A DNA stretch of 63,464 nucleotides, the filler included, from Octopus bimaculoides (lineage: Eukaryota): NCBI RefSeq assembly GCF_001194135.2. It is 5 parts of 5 records of this genome, joined end to end, with 100 filler letters (N's around TTAATTAATTAA, not from the genome) between each part and the next. Parts side by side here need not be neighbours in the genome. Positions count along the whole stretch, not along the records: positions 1 to 23,562 come from NC_068988.1; positions 23,663 to 52,035 come from NC_068991.1; 3 more parts are not named here. One strand, given 5' to 3'. Under the pieces are notes generated by a model. That model ran no database searches. It was not told where the DNA came from and saw only the letters and a program-made list of their open reading frames with translations. A program made the position numbers and the translations under genes. Positions 21,981 through 34,479 of this stretch are shown here, piece after piece (the stretch's first letter is position 1; every line of letters starts with the position of its first letter).

Positions 21981-22547
21981 TTAGTTTCTGTTTTGCTTTA
22001 CTGAATTAAGTAACTCTCTCATACTTCCCCAGTCAACAACACATTCCTGGCACTTCTTAAGGGCTATCAGCAATTCTTTAACCCCATTTTCACCGAATCC
22101 TTTTCTTTTTCTCCACCAGTCAAAAACATTTATCTTGTACAGCTGTTCATTCTTGGAATAGTCATCGTAGGATTTTTGAATTTCCTCTTCATCAACTCCT
22201 AGCGCTTTAGCGACTGGTATCCACCCGTCAAGAACTCGCAGTAGAATACGTCCGAGTAAATTCACATCCAGCCGCTTTATATTTGTTTCTATCTCAGTGA
22301 GGTCCGCTGCCTCTTTTTCCAAAGAAAGCACCACATGCTTTTTGAGGCATTCAGTCTGTAAAAATTTTAAAAGATCATTAAAAGTTTTGTCGTCATTTTT
22401 CTCCATAAAAAAATGCATAATATTTGGAAAAGTAACGTCTTCTGATAAATCAACAAACTTGTCATTAATACGTTGTACATCAGGTTCCGATATGTTTTGT
22501 TTGAGAAAACACAAATTATTTTGTATTACATTTCTTGGTGACGGCAT
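21981..22547 (-). CDS. Intronless death-fold adaptor-like protein, 188 aa (CARD-like N-terminus and death domain)
   Basis: Intact ORF. The C-terminal GWIPVAKALGVDEEEIQK...EQLYKINVFDWWRKR...VKELLIALKKC follows the death-domain pattern (W..LA..LG....I...EQ....L..W...L..AL). The N-terminal ~75 aa are helical and amphipathic, ending TFNDLLKFLQ...VVLSLE as CARDs do. Confidence 0.8.
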   Translation of the reverse strand: MPSPRNVIQNNLCFLKQNISEPDVQRINDKFVDLSEDVTFPNIMHFFMEKNDDKTFNDLLKFLQTECLKKHVVLSLEKEAADLTEIETNIKRLDVNLLGRILLRVLDGWIPVAKALGVDEEEIQKSYDDYSKNEQLYKINVFDWWRKRKGFGENGVKELLIALKKCQECVVDWGSMRELLNSVKQNRN

Positions 22548-22983
22548 TGTATATGTGCAGGTAATATAACAGCGAAAAAAGCAGGAAGTTAGAAAGTTGA
22601 TTTTCGTTCTCTTACCTCTTGAATTAATTTCTATAACTTATAGGTTATAGAAATCATTAAAACTTTTTTTTCTGGTTTCAAGTATTGATCATTCGGATGT
22701 ATTTGAACGCATGAAAGAAAGGTGGTTTTATATTTAAATTATGAATATCAGTTGTCTTTTGATCAGATGTTTGTTATTCACTTGTTGCAAAAAACCTTTA
22801 GAAAAATATTTCTCTGATGACAATATTACCACGACAAAACATTCATCGACGGATGTTTTAATAAACAAATTACAATTTCCGTATCATCTGTTACAAAACC
22901 TCGCAGAAATACGCGTAAACCATAGAACAGCTTGGCTTATTACTATAGAAACAGGATACAAAACGGACGGACTGAAGAAGGCA

Positions 22984-23025
22984 ATGAACTACACTGAGTC
23001 CGCAGAGAAGAGACTTCCGGTAAGG
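22984..23025 (+). promoter_or_regulatory. Candidate first exon and splice donor of a rightward gene, with an ETS motif
   Basis: gcaATG...CTTCCG|GTAAGG encodes MNYTESAEKRLP in phase 0. ACTTCCGG lies at 23013-23020 in CpG-enriched context. Confidence 0.3.
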
Positions 23026-23125
23026 CGTTAAGTTGGATTTAAAAGACTGATCGTACGCTCATCGGTGCAGATGATTAAAGCAAAATAAACGATACTTCGA
23101 GACATTCTGTTGTTATTTTTATGCT

Positions 23126-23490
23126 GTTGGCACTCTTTTGCTTACGACGTCGAGGGTTCCAGTTGATCCGTTCAACGGAACAGCCTGCTCGTGAAATTAA
23201 CGTGCAAGTGGCTGAGCACTCCGTACCCTTAACGTAGTTCTCGGGGATATTCAGCGTGACAGTGTGACAAGGCTGACCCTTTGAATTACAGGCACAACAG
23301 AAACAGGAAGAAAGAGTGAAAGTTGTGGTGGAAGAGTACAGCAGGGTTCGCTACCATCCCCTGCCAGAACCTCGTGTAGCTTTAGATGATTTCACTCAAT
23401 AAACACTCACGACGCCCAGTCTGGGAATCGAAACCGTGATCCTATGACCGCGAGTCTGCTGCCCTAACCACTGGGCCATTGCGCCTCCAC
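23126..23490 (-). mobile_element. tRNA(Arg-like)-derived SINE family C
   Basis: The head GGCGCAATGGCCCAGTGGTTAGGGCAGCAGACTCGCGGTCATAGGATCACGGTTTCGATTCCC has A and B boxes, followed by a non-tRNA body. It may correspond to the described octopus OR-type SINEs (uncertain). Confidence 0.9.
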
Positions 23491-23520
23491 TATTTTTATG
23501 TATAGCTTAATAAAAGCTAC

Positions 23521-23562
23521 ACCGGTAGAGACGGACTATATGTAATCTGAACCTTTCCCCCT
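23521..23562 (+). mobile_element. Internal fragment of the 6690-7701 MITE family
   Basis: ggactatatgtaatctgaacctttcccc is identical to 6903-6930 and abuts a gap. Confidence 0.75.
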
Positions 23563-23662
23563 NNNNNNNNNNNNNNNNNNNNNNNNNNNNNNNNNNNNNN
23601 NNNNNNTTAATTAATTAANNNNNNNNNNNNNNNNNNNNNNNNNNNNNNNNNNNNNNNNNNNN

Positions 23663-23960
23663 TCCCTGTCACTCGTCGACGAGGTAGTTTGCAAGAGGGT
23701 GTCATAGAATTGGTCTTTCAGACCATCTGGTAGCCCCGGTTGAGGTGCATAGGCTGAGATGACAGTAGCTAATCTATGATGAAGCACTAGTCTGATCTTA
23801 AGTACTCTGTCACTTACTCTAACGACCTCGATTACCTTATCCACCCATTTCTCCACTAGAAGTATTCCTACGCCCCCGACCCCGTCAGTGTTCCCTGCCC
23901 AGAAAATCTTGTACCTGTGTTCTTTGCCTGTGAGGAACCTCGCAGAACCTCCTCTCCATC
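23663..23960 (-). mobile_element. RTE LINE APE endonuclease fragment
   Basis: Translates to YKIFWAGNTDGVGGVGILLVEKWVDKV...TVISAYAPQPG...KDQFYDTL. SAYAPQ is typical of RTE-clade APE domains. Confidence 0.92.
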
Positions 23961-25549
23961 ATTCGATTTAAGTGAGAAAGCTTGTACATGACTTTTGCCA
24001 CTCTCTCAGTTGTTATAGTAGGTTTCAGTGATAAGCATTGCAAAATGACTGGTACTATTTTGACAGCAAATTTTATGAAGAGCTGCCTTTCCTGACTTTG
24101 TCAAAAATAACAGAAGCTTCCTCTACCCTTGGAAAATCTTATTAACCCATAGATGGGACCTTGACAGTCACTACCATTCTATGTCAGAATGGACCTGGGA
24201 GTAATGGTAATCAAGGGGTAACTTTATGCTCCCCACAGCTCCAGAACTCCCAAACTGAAGCCTAACCACAAGATTGCAATTTAATGTCATACCTTATATA
24301 TGTATTGTTTACACATATAAGTCCACTCATAGTAGTAGCATAATTTGCTCATGAAGTTGCCATTAGTTAATTACAGTGTTTTATATATATTTTTTTATTA
24401 TGTGAAATACATTTACTTTTTGTTCATTCAACATTGATCAGAAAATGGTATATTGTAATTGAAAACTCCTGTATTTTGTATGTAAGTTTTATACATCACA
24501 GCACTGCATTTCAAAACAGGATCCATCACTTTTTTTTTTTTTGAGGTAGTGGGTGGAGGTATTATCTTCTGGTCTAATTAACCAAGATATGCAATAAGGT
24601 CATGAATACCTATCTATTTTAGTTCAGAAATCAGAATGCATACTGAGGTCAAAAATAGTTATTTTATGAAGGGATATTTTGTGAAGGCAGATTTTAGATT
24701 CAGCTGAATGACAAATAAAAAAATCACACATGTTTATCTGCTTTTTTTTTGTTTTTGTTTTTTAGTGAGGTGAAATACTGATGGTATTACCAAAGTTATT
24801 TGAATACAGAAATGATCTAACATTACTTTTACATGATGAATATTCAACAGAATTTTGTTTTCTATTTGTGATATATAAGTCTGACAAACATATTGAAGTT
24901 ACAATAAAACGTTTCTGTTGTTAGGATTGCAATGTGTTCAGCAAACATCAACTTGTTTTTCAAGATAGTTTGGCAAGAAAAGTATATTGAAAATGTTCTT
25001 TCTTGTCATTCTAACCAGTTTGTGAATTGCCTGATGTTTGATAGAGCTATCAAATGTTGAAACCTTCTGATTCCAGTTAAACAGCAAACTCACTTCCCAA
25101 ATCTTGCTGAAAAGTTGATCTAAGACTGTTGGAGTGAATTATAAAACAGTTTATTGAGATAATAAAATATTTTTAAGAGAACAAAGAAAGAAATATTAAA
25201 ATTATGTTTATATGTTTAGAACTATTCCAACCAGCTCTAGAATACAAAGAATCATTTTCAGTGAAAATATAACACATACTTGAAGATTATTAAATGTATA
25301 AAATATTCTTGATAATCAGTTGCTATATAATTGAAATTATGTGAATTTTAACAAGCTGCAATGAGCAAGTTGATTGGCAAATGCTTTGTATTTGTTTTGT
25401 GCTGACTCCATTTACAAGTATGGCCAGGTGGTTACAAAGCTTCTTCCACAGACATGAGATGACTTCATTTGATCCTCTGTGGGGGGGTCTCTTTGGCAAG
25501 TTCTTCATAGTTTTTGCTCAAATTAAACCTTTTGATTGAAATTGGCTAG

Positions 25550-25712
25550 ACAGAAACTGGCTTCTTTCAGTTTCCGTCTGTCAAATCCTCTCACAAGGCT
25601 TTGGTCAGCCCAAGGATATAGTAGAAGATACTTGCCCAAGGTACCACGCATTGGGACTGAACCTGGAACCATGTGGTTGGGAAGTAAGCTTCTTACTATA
25701 CAACCATGCCTG
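25550..25712 (-). mobile_element. SINE family A head and central part
   Basis: ggcttctttcagtttccgtctg...cttgcccaaggtacc...gggactgaacctggaaccatgtggttgg. Confidence 0.9.
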
Positions 25713-26062
25713 TGCATATATATATATATATANNNNNNNNNNNNNNNNNNNNNNNNNNNNNNNNNNNNNNNNNNNNNNNNNNNNNNNNNNNNNNNNNNNN
25801 NNNNNNNNNNNNNNNNNNNNNNNNNNNNNNNNNNNNNNNNNNNNNNNNNNNNNNNNNNNNNNNNNNNNNNNNNNNNNNNNNNNNNNNNNNNNNNNNNNNN
25901 NNNNNNNNNNNNNNNNNNNNNNNNNNNNNNNNNNNNNNNNNNNNNNNNNNNNNNNNNNNNNNNNNNNNNNNNNNNNNNNNNNNNNNNNNNNNNNNNNNNN
26001 NNNNNNNNNNNNNNNNNNNNNNNNNNNNNNNNNNNNNNNNNNNNNNNNNNNNNNNNNNNNNN

Positions 26063-26096
<34 letters not shown>

Positions 26097-26105
26097 GTAT
26101 GTATG

Positions 26106-26139
<34 letters not shown>

Positions 26140-26142
<3 letters not shown>

Positions 26143-26612
26143 TAATCACTCACCATATTGTAGTTCACCTATTGTTCCCTCAGTACATTGCGGATTTTTC
26201 TGGTTAATATATGTAAACTTATATCATGGGTTTCTGCAGCCAATAGGTATTTATATTTTTGTTGATTTTAATTATTTCTGTGGCAAAATAAACCTTTTCA
26301 CACCTAATAATTAATAAATTAATAAATAAACATACAGTACAGTACTGCACTGAATAATACACTAATTAAAATATATTAAAGGAAAATACGTTGTGCACTG
26401 TAGATGAGTAAACAAAGAATCACACATACTGTATGGAAAACGAAACTCAGAAGCTAAGTGTGTGATATTGTTTTGCATTTATAATACAATAACTATATAC
26501 AAATAATAAAAATAATCAAAAAATATATACTGTACAGTTTCTACTTCGCAGATTTTCACCTATTGCGGTGGGGCTTTGGAACATAACACCTACAATAGTT
26601 GAGAGGTTACTG
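26140..26612. mobile_element. Tigger/pogo-like Tc1-mariner MITE with TA TSD
   Basis: TA|CAGTAATCACTCACCATATTGTAG ... CTACAATAGTTGAGAGGTTACTG|TA: imperfect ~23-bp TIRs starting CAGTAA. Confidence 0.8.
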
Positions 26613-26653
<41 letters not shown>

Positions 26654-26684
26654 TGCATTGTGCAAGAGAGAAGACTGTACTAAT

Positions 26685-27195
26685 TTGGTCATGTGATGCG
26701 GATGAATGCCGATAGCTCCATAGAGAAGTGCTGATCTCTCAAAATGGATGGAACTTGTGGAAGAGGGTGACCCAAGAAGACATGAAGTGAGGTACTGAAG
26801 GATGACCTCAGAACACTAAACATTTCAAATGAAATGACAAAGGACCAAAATACATAGCACCTTGCTGTACACAAGAAAGTCCATTGTCCACAGCAGAAAT
26901 GTTAAGGTCACTCGCCTTGGTTCACCAAAGGGAGTGGCCTAAACTTTTCAGGATTGGCCTCAAAAAGTCCTGTACTGATGCCACATAAAAGCATTTGTGT
27001 CAATGCCACATAAAAGCGCTTGTGCCAGTGCCATGTTAAATGCACCCAGAACACACTGTAAAATTCTTGGTGTTAGGAAGGGCATCCAGCTGTATGGACC
27101 AAGCCAAATCAAACCAGAATTTGCTGCAGCTCTCCACCTTATCAGCTCTGGTCAAACTGTCCAGCCCGTGCCAGCGTGCCAGGAGGAGGAGGAGG
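26685..27195 (+). mobile_element. RTE LINE 3' fragment (ORF end and 3'UTR)
   Basis: GHVMRM...CGRG*PKKT*SEVLKDDL with stop codons, then a UTR with ggtgttaggaagggcatccagctgta. Confidence 0.85.
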
Positions 27196-27669
27196 ATGTT
27201 CATACATATATATAGATACACACACATTTAGTACTGGCTGTCAGAAAAATGAGTATTCAATAACACAGCAAAGATGAATCTGTTTTATTATGGTTGAGTC
27301 ATTCTCTTGTTACTCTGAATTTTGTCTGTGGGTACACAGGGTCTTCAGGCAAGTTATGACTGAAAAATGATGTTCTCAGCTATTTCTTTTACTGAATTTT
27401 TTTATTGCATTTTTTGACCATTCTCATGCCCACACAACCTACTTCATTCCCCACTATATAAACACTTCCTTCATTTTCTCTTCTTATTCTTCCTTCCCTT
27501 CTATTTCTTTTTATTCTTTTTCTTTTCAACTTTCCTCTCTTTTCCTCTTTCTTTTTTCTTTTTTTTTGTTTCTTTTTCAGCCCCTTTTTCTCCCTTTATC
27601 ACATTTTCCCTCCACCACCACTCCCTTTGACATAGAACCTATATATAACTGAGCAAATCCCATCATTTT

Positions 27670-28712
27670 CAGTCATAACATATGGTTTCCTATAGGGGTA
27701 GTATAAGCCTGAGTTAATATCTAAAGTAGAGTCTAAGAAGTTAATCACCTTTGTGCCATGTTCGAAAGTGAGCCCTGAGTTGAAGCTTTTGAAAAATTTT
27801 CTAATTTTTTTCCTCATTCTTTCTATGACTGAATTATTATTACTAGGAATAATGAATAAAGCATCGTCCCTATATAGACCGCGCTGCAATTCAGGGATTT
27901 CACTATTAAAGCACTTTAAGAGATACGCACCAACTAAATCAGTAATCTGAGCTGAATCACTTGAGCCCATATCAATATCAAAATTATCAGGGGTGTTGGA
28001 CCTCATCCATAATTTACCCTCAAATTCTATGATAGTTTTCCTAGCTAAAAGAATAATGTCTATTTTTTCCCTAATTATGAGAGAGAGTTTTTTAGCAAAA
28101 ATCAGGGATTTGTTAAGGCAAATAGGAGATATATTAGAATAACTGTTGATATCAAATTGTGTAAATGAATAACTATGTATATTTTCAATAGATTTGAAAC
28201 AATGTATCATTTCATTAGTATTACCCCATAATTTAAGAGATAAATTAGGAACTATTAGGGGTAATATAGTATCCAGAATGGATTTACTAAGTCAACCAAT
28301 ATCAGATTTAGTTGGGCAAATAAGTGTAACAGCGGGGTTGTCATGAAAATTCTTTTTATGGTCCTTGAGGTTAATCCTTGGTTCATTTGGTTTCAAGGAT
28401 TCTGTTCTATTCACTAATAATTTTTTAAATTTCAATGTTGGTGTTCCTTGAATTTTATATAAGATATTAGCTCAAATAAACCTTTTTCAAAGTTTTCCAG
28501 TAGTGGGTTGGGTGGAAGATTTTTTCTGCTTTTGAATATCTTATTATAATAATTCTTATCATATGTATCTAGATTTTTTTTTTCTTCATCTTAGCTTCAT
28601 GATGGTAAGCTATCCACCTCATCCTCCTAACAAGCTCATTAGTCCTATGGATTAGCAGCCACATGTAAATATCCTTATTATGTATAGGGATATCCTTTAG
28701 AGAAAATTCCAT
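27670..28712 (-). mobile_element. Penelope-like element (PLE) RT pseudo-ORF, N-terminus retained, 3' truncated
   Basis: Translates to MEFSLKDIPI...VRRMRW, PPNPLLENFEKGL, NLKDHKKNF..NP..LICPTKSDIG*, FDI..YSNI, FDIDMGSSDSAQITDLVG, GLYRDD, NFLDSTLD and YYPYRKP. Frameshifts or deletions are present, plus one in-frame TGA (28292-28294). Confidence 0.88.
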
Positions 28713-28954
28713 ATTTACTCTTTCCATCCTGTTAAAGTTAAGTACCAGAATTGCTGTGTAAGTATGGTTGGTAAGTTAAGAAGTAATTAAGCCTGTGTTT
28801 ATTGTAATTTCTCATGTATGAATGAATGTATATATGTATGCATATGTCTGTCTGTATGTATGTATGTATGCATGTATGTAGGTTTGGGTAGAACAAACAG
28901 GAGAAAAAGAACTCTATGCATGAGTATCTTTTATATTTTATTGTCTTTTAATTG

Positions 28955-29345
28955 TTTCAGTCATTAGACTGCAACCATGGTGGGGCACCAGCTTGAAGAA
29001 CTTTTAGTTGAATGAATCAACCCCGATATTTTTTACTGAACCACTAAGTTATCGGGACATAAACAAACTAACACCGATTGTCAAGCAGTGGTGGGAGACA
29101 AAGACACACACACGCACGCACACACACACACACATGCACGCACACACACACACACAAGTAAAAGATAAAATATATACATATATATATATATGATGGGCTT
29201 TTTTCAGTTTCCATCCACCAAATTTCCTTTCAAGGCTATGGTCAGCCTGAGGCTAGAACGGAAGACACTGACCCAACGTGCTATGCAGTGAGGCGGAATC
29301 CAGAGCTATGTGGTTGGGAAGCAAGCTTCTTACCACACAGCCATA
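28955..29345 (-). mobile_element. SINE family A, near full length, with an internal CA/TA microsatellite
   Basis: tgtttcagtcattagactgcaaccatg...cttcttaccacacagcc. Confidence 0.9.
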
Positions 29346-29914
29346 GACTTTTTTTTATAAGTTATAATTTTTATAATTGGCAGCAAGGACCAAGAGTTTC
29401 ATGCATGGCTCTGAGTTTGATAAAGTGTCCTGAATAAAACTCTTGGACCTTGAGTCATTTTTATAACTTGCTGCCAATTAAAAATAATAAAAATGTGTGT
29501 GTGTGCATGTGTATGTGTTATATATAGGCTCCACCAATTTGAATAGCTCCTTGACATATTAAGTAAAAACAGAAGACTGGTGATCAAGCAACTCATTACA
29601 GGTTATGTAGACAGATTTTTACATTTTCAATGTTATTGATGTTGTTCACTTTTTTCTTCTTGCTGAACTACTGTCCTTCCTCCTCCTTTTCCCACTTCTT
29701 TTCTTACTAAACCTGATTATTGTCTTTCTGGTGTAACAGGCTAATAATGTCTTGTTGTATAATAGAATACTGAATTTAGGCCTTTATTTTGTATAACCTG
29801 TTAGGTATAATTATATCTCCCAACTGAATATGTTCTTTTTTTCTTTCTTATTCATCTTCTTCTTCTTATTGTTGTTGTTGTTGTGTTAGTATTATCATTA
29901 TTATTATTATTGAA

Positions 29915-30100
29915 CACAGTGAGCGACAGTATCATTAACAAATCAGACATTATACTTAGCAGCATTTCTTTGACTCTTTATATTCTGAGTTCAAATGCCA
30001 CTGAGGTCAATAACAAAAGCACCAGTTGAATACTGAAGGTGATATAATTGGCTTTCCTTCTCTTCAAAGCGCTGACCTTATGTTAAAATTCGAAAAAATA
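29915..30100 (+). mobile_element. SINE family B, degraded
   Basis: ttctgagttcaaatgccactgaggtc...gcgctgaccttatgttaaaattcgaa, preceded by (ATT)n. Confidence 0.65.
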
Positions 30101-30124
30101 CTATTATCATTACTATTCAGTGGC

Positions 30125-30838
<714 letters not shown>

Positions 30839-31040
30839 AAGGCAGAAAGCTGGCAGAATCATTAGCACACCAGAGAGAGTGCTTAGTGGCATTTCATCCT
30901 TCTTTATGTTCTGAGTTCAAATTCTGCCAAGGTTGACTTTGCCTTTCATCTTTTCAGGGTGGATAAATTAAGTACCAGTGAAACACCAGGGTCCCCTCCC
31001 ACAAAATTTCAGACCTTGTATCTTTAGTAGAAAGGGTTAT
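30839..31040 (+). mobile_element. SINE family B
   Basis: gctggcagaatcattagc...ttctgagttcaaattctgccaagg...gcctttcatcttttcagggtggataaattaagtaccag. The central motif resembles Deu/Nin-domain SINE cores (recalled, unverified). Confidence 0.88.
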
Positions 31041-31059
31041 TATTATCATTATTGAATGA

Positions 31060-31602
31060 GAGAGTATTGTATGCCATCAAAGTGACACAGGGATAAAATA
31101 TATGAAGCTCAGTTTACTCATCATGACTACCTGCTTAATAAGGGTATACCAAGTACATGCATCACAACCATATGTGTGCAACATAATGATCCCATACCAA
31201 GATAAACTGTACATGACCTTGCAGAAGAGGCTCATTTAGAATTTTCATCAGGTCAATTAGCCCATCCTGCTCAAAAGGTCTCTGAATAAGGGTTGTTCAA
31301 GGATGACGAACGAAACACCTATGTTTCCAGAGGTGAATTATTCAAACCCCAAAGAATTCCTCTCAGCACATGGTTACAATACTCCCCTACTACTCCTGCT
31401 CATGACCAAAGATGCACATATCATTAGCCACTAACGAACATGCTCAACTGGTTAAGGTCAAGCAACTGACAAGCAAATCTGTGGTATTGAGCAGAATATT
31501 TGTTATTGCCTATCTTTTACACTGAGATGAAACGTACATATTAACACTTCCAGTCAGTTCAAATCAGAAACCATGAGAGCTACTGCTTGGTATTGCATCA
31601 GG

Positions 31603-31603
<1 letters not shown>
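31060..31603. mobile_element. ~540-bp non-coding interspersed element, copy 2
   Basis: Same orientation as 30125-30667 and collinear with it. Confidence 0.8.
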
Positions 31604-31647
<44 letters not shown>

Positions 31648-31860
31648 GGCAGCAAGCTGGCAGAATCATTAGCATGCAAATCAAAGTACTTAGCAGCATT
31701 TCATCTGTCTTTACGTTCTGAGTTCACATTCCTCTGAGGTCAACTTTGCCTTTCATACTTTCAGGGTCGATAAATTAAGCACCAGTGAAACACTGGGGTT
31801 GATATAAACAACTAGTCCCCCTCCCCCAAATTTCAGACCTTGTGCCTGTAGTAGAAAAGA
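31648..31860 (+). mobile_element. SINE family B
   Basis: Full collinear copy between (ATT)n and (ATC)n tracts. Confidence 0.9.
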
Positions 31861-31862
31861 TT

Positions 31863-31921
<59 letters not shown>

Positions 31922-31929
31922 TATTATTA

Positions 31930-32572
31930 TTCCTTTGTAACACAGCGTAGGTAAAAATGCACTGGAGTCTTTAGTCATCTGTCAATTCACAACAAGAGCC
32001 TCAGACAGATAATACTTTCCTTAAGATATGCGCTGTGCCCAATAAGACTACTTTTTGCAAGACATCGATCTTGCATGGGATTTCAGTTGCCTTAAGAAGT
32101 CTTGAAATTTCAATGGGATTGAGTCCAACACTCCGATCACCTCTGGTATCACTTTTACATTACTCTCTCGCATTCCATACAGTCTTGCCATTTCCACTTT
32201 CAATTCGGAGTACTTGGTGTCAACCTCTTTACTCACAACATTCATGTCATTTGGTATAGCTACATCAATGATTTGACAGCATTTGTCTCTCCTATTCAAT
32301 TTGACAATATCTGCCCAATGGTGTTCGATTACACGAACTGTCTGAAAATCACAGTTCCAGAGTATTGTTACTTTTCCATCCTCCTTCATAACTTTACCGG
32401 GTACATGCTCATACCAGTTCTCTTTTACTTCATATTGGTATTTACGGCATAAGAGCCAATGAAGATACACACACAATTTATCATGGTGGCGTTTGTATTC
32501 TTTTTGTGCAAGGCTCTCACATCCAAGTGGGTCACATTTTCCACACTCTTTCCACAGAGTCTGAATTTCTGG

Positions 32573-32575
<3 letters not shown>
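31930..32575 (-). mobile_element. R4/Dong-like non-LTR retrotransposon 3' fragment (CCHC and restriction-like endonuclease)
   Basis: Translates to C..LAQKEYKRHHD, LHWLLCRKY, WYEH.P, ILWN..FQT, ADIV, IIDVAIP, KYSEL and VIGVL. Flanked on both sides by TAA/TGA repeats. Confidence 0.9.
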
Positions 32576-32616
<41 letters not shown>

Positions 32617-32619
32617 AAG

Positions 32620-32825
32620 GTGGTGGATTAGTAGAATAATTAGAGTAGTGGAAAAATACCTTGTGGTATTCCAGCTCTTTACTTTCTGAATTCAAATCCT
32701 ACTGAGCTTAACATTTTCTTCCATCCTTTTGAGGGTCAATAAAATACCAACCACATACTGAAGTTGATATCATCAATTAATCTCTTCTCTCATAAATCTC
32801 AGGCTTTGTGTGTATATTAGAAATA
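32620..32825 (+). mobile_element. SINE family B, degraded
   Basis: ttctgaattcaaatcctactgag...tccatccttttgagggtcaataaaatacc, following (ATT)n. Confidence 0.75.
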
Positions 32826-34280
32826 ATTATTGTTGTTGTTGTTGTTGTTCATATCCTTGTTGTTTATAGGGGTTTTGCTTAGAATTTGAGTTTTACTGAA
32901 TTACCAAATAAAAAAGTTCTTTTTTTTTTTGTTTCTTTTATTTTGTTTTCTGTGTTGTTGTCCATTTTACCAACCAAATATTTAATAGGCCACCTAATTT
33001 TCTGCAGTGGAAGAAATGCTCAGCTTAACATTGTTTTTAACTGTTTTCATATTTTAGCATGACAGTTATTTGTATTGTTGATTTGTGGTTTAAAAACTGC
33101 TTTGAGTGATAAAGGCAAAAACATTACAAAGACATATATAAACAGCCAATTATAAAATGGACACTGACATAGTGGATGTTCACACTAATACACTAATATC
33201 TGTCCAGAAAACATGACAAATAGTTGTATGCATAACAATAGCTGTATAGTGGAAACACTCTTTTGTCATTGTTGCTAGTGAGTTTGAGATTTTGGATCAT
33301 TTTCAGATACCAGAGAAGGGTAAATAATATCTGAAATATGAGATACATTACTAAAGGCTATGGTCTATTTTTTATATTTTACCCCAGGGATTCATGGAAG
33401 AGACAGTGAAGTGGATGCTAATGAGCTCTGTTTAACCCTCCAAATTTTGATGACCCTATAGATTTTAAGATTATCCTCAATCTATACCCATTCAGCCCTT
33501 TAATTGATCAGGCTGGAGGTGCAAGGTAGAAGGCTCAAATGCAACATATGTGATTGCATAAGCCACCTTTAGACCCTCTGCTCAAACAGAGAAACTGAGA
33601 GGAAACAACAAAAGTAACAGCAGTGGCACTTACAATCTGCAGAAGGAGAGAAGGTCACTGCTCTAAGGATGTCCAGAACAGAAAGAAACAGATATCTTGC
33701 TTCCAGTACCATTAATGGTGATGGGAAAAGAAACGATGCAACAATAAAGTGGGACACCATCTAAGGTAGTAGAATGAAAAAGAAGGAGCTAAAAAAATGA
33801 ATACAACCAGACCTGGCAGTACCTGGGTTTTATGGTTGTCTGAACTGGGAAAGGGAATCTGATAGAACTGATTAATGAACTGAAAGAAACCAGAGGAAAT
33901 AATGTACCGACTGATCTGGGGGAGTGAGACTGTACTGAATCTCAAAATGATAGCTTGATGGTGAAAAATAAGTTAGTCATCTTTAAATAGCCAGATATGA
34001 TTGATCAAGATAATGTGGGAATCTTTTGTAGCCAACTTGAAACCAAAAATGTTATGGATGTGATTTCACAAAACCTAGGTTGCAGTTATCAGAAGGTGAT
34101 CATTAATGGGGATATCCTGACTCTACCTAAGTCTTAATTTCTCATCTTTTGTGGATAACTTACCTTTGTTTGATTCATTAAATTTTTAAATACATCTCCA
34201 TATGTTTAGTAACCCTTCTGCATTATATATTTGGACCCTTGTAGCCAATAAAGAAACTATTGTTATTTTTATTATTATTA

Positions 34281-34321
<41 letters not shown>

Positions 34322-34323
<2 letters not shown>

Positions 34324-34460
34324 GAGTTCAACTTTTGCCAAAGTCAACTTTACCTTTCATCTTTTTGGTGTGAATAAAAGAAGTACCAGTCAAGTACTGG
34401 TGTCAATATAATCAACTTACATCCTTCCCCAGAATTGCTGACCTTGTGCCAAAATTTGAA
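34322..34460 (+). mobile_element. SINE family B 3' part
   Basis: gagttcaacttttgccaaagtc...cctttcatctttttggtgtgaataaaagaagtaccag; donor or partner of 37988-38116. Confidence 0.85.
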
Positions 34461-34479
34461 GCCATTATAATTTTTATTA

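Noticed and set aside
23420-23490. tRNA-like sequence, also at 15360-15428 and in the family A heads
   Set aside because: These are SINE heads: each is followed by a conserved non-tRNA body and lacks a proper acceptor stem.
23563-23662. TTAATTAATTAA flanked by Ns, also at 52036-52135, 58132-58231 and 61489-61588
   Set aside because: Each block is exactly 44 N + 12 nt + 44 N = 100 bp. It is an artificial contig-join linker with stops in all six frames, not biology.
28292-28294. In-frame TGA in the PLE RT as a possible selenocysteine codon (known in some PLE clades)
   Set aside because: The position corresponds to a basic residue in K-S-x-I-G-(R/K), so CGA to TGA CpG decay explains it. The ORF also has frameshifts, and no SECIS was seen.
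33560-33850. Possible very old RTE remnant (LRMSR…, WQYLG)
   Set aside because: The motif matches are too weak to list as a feature.
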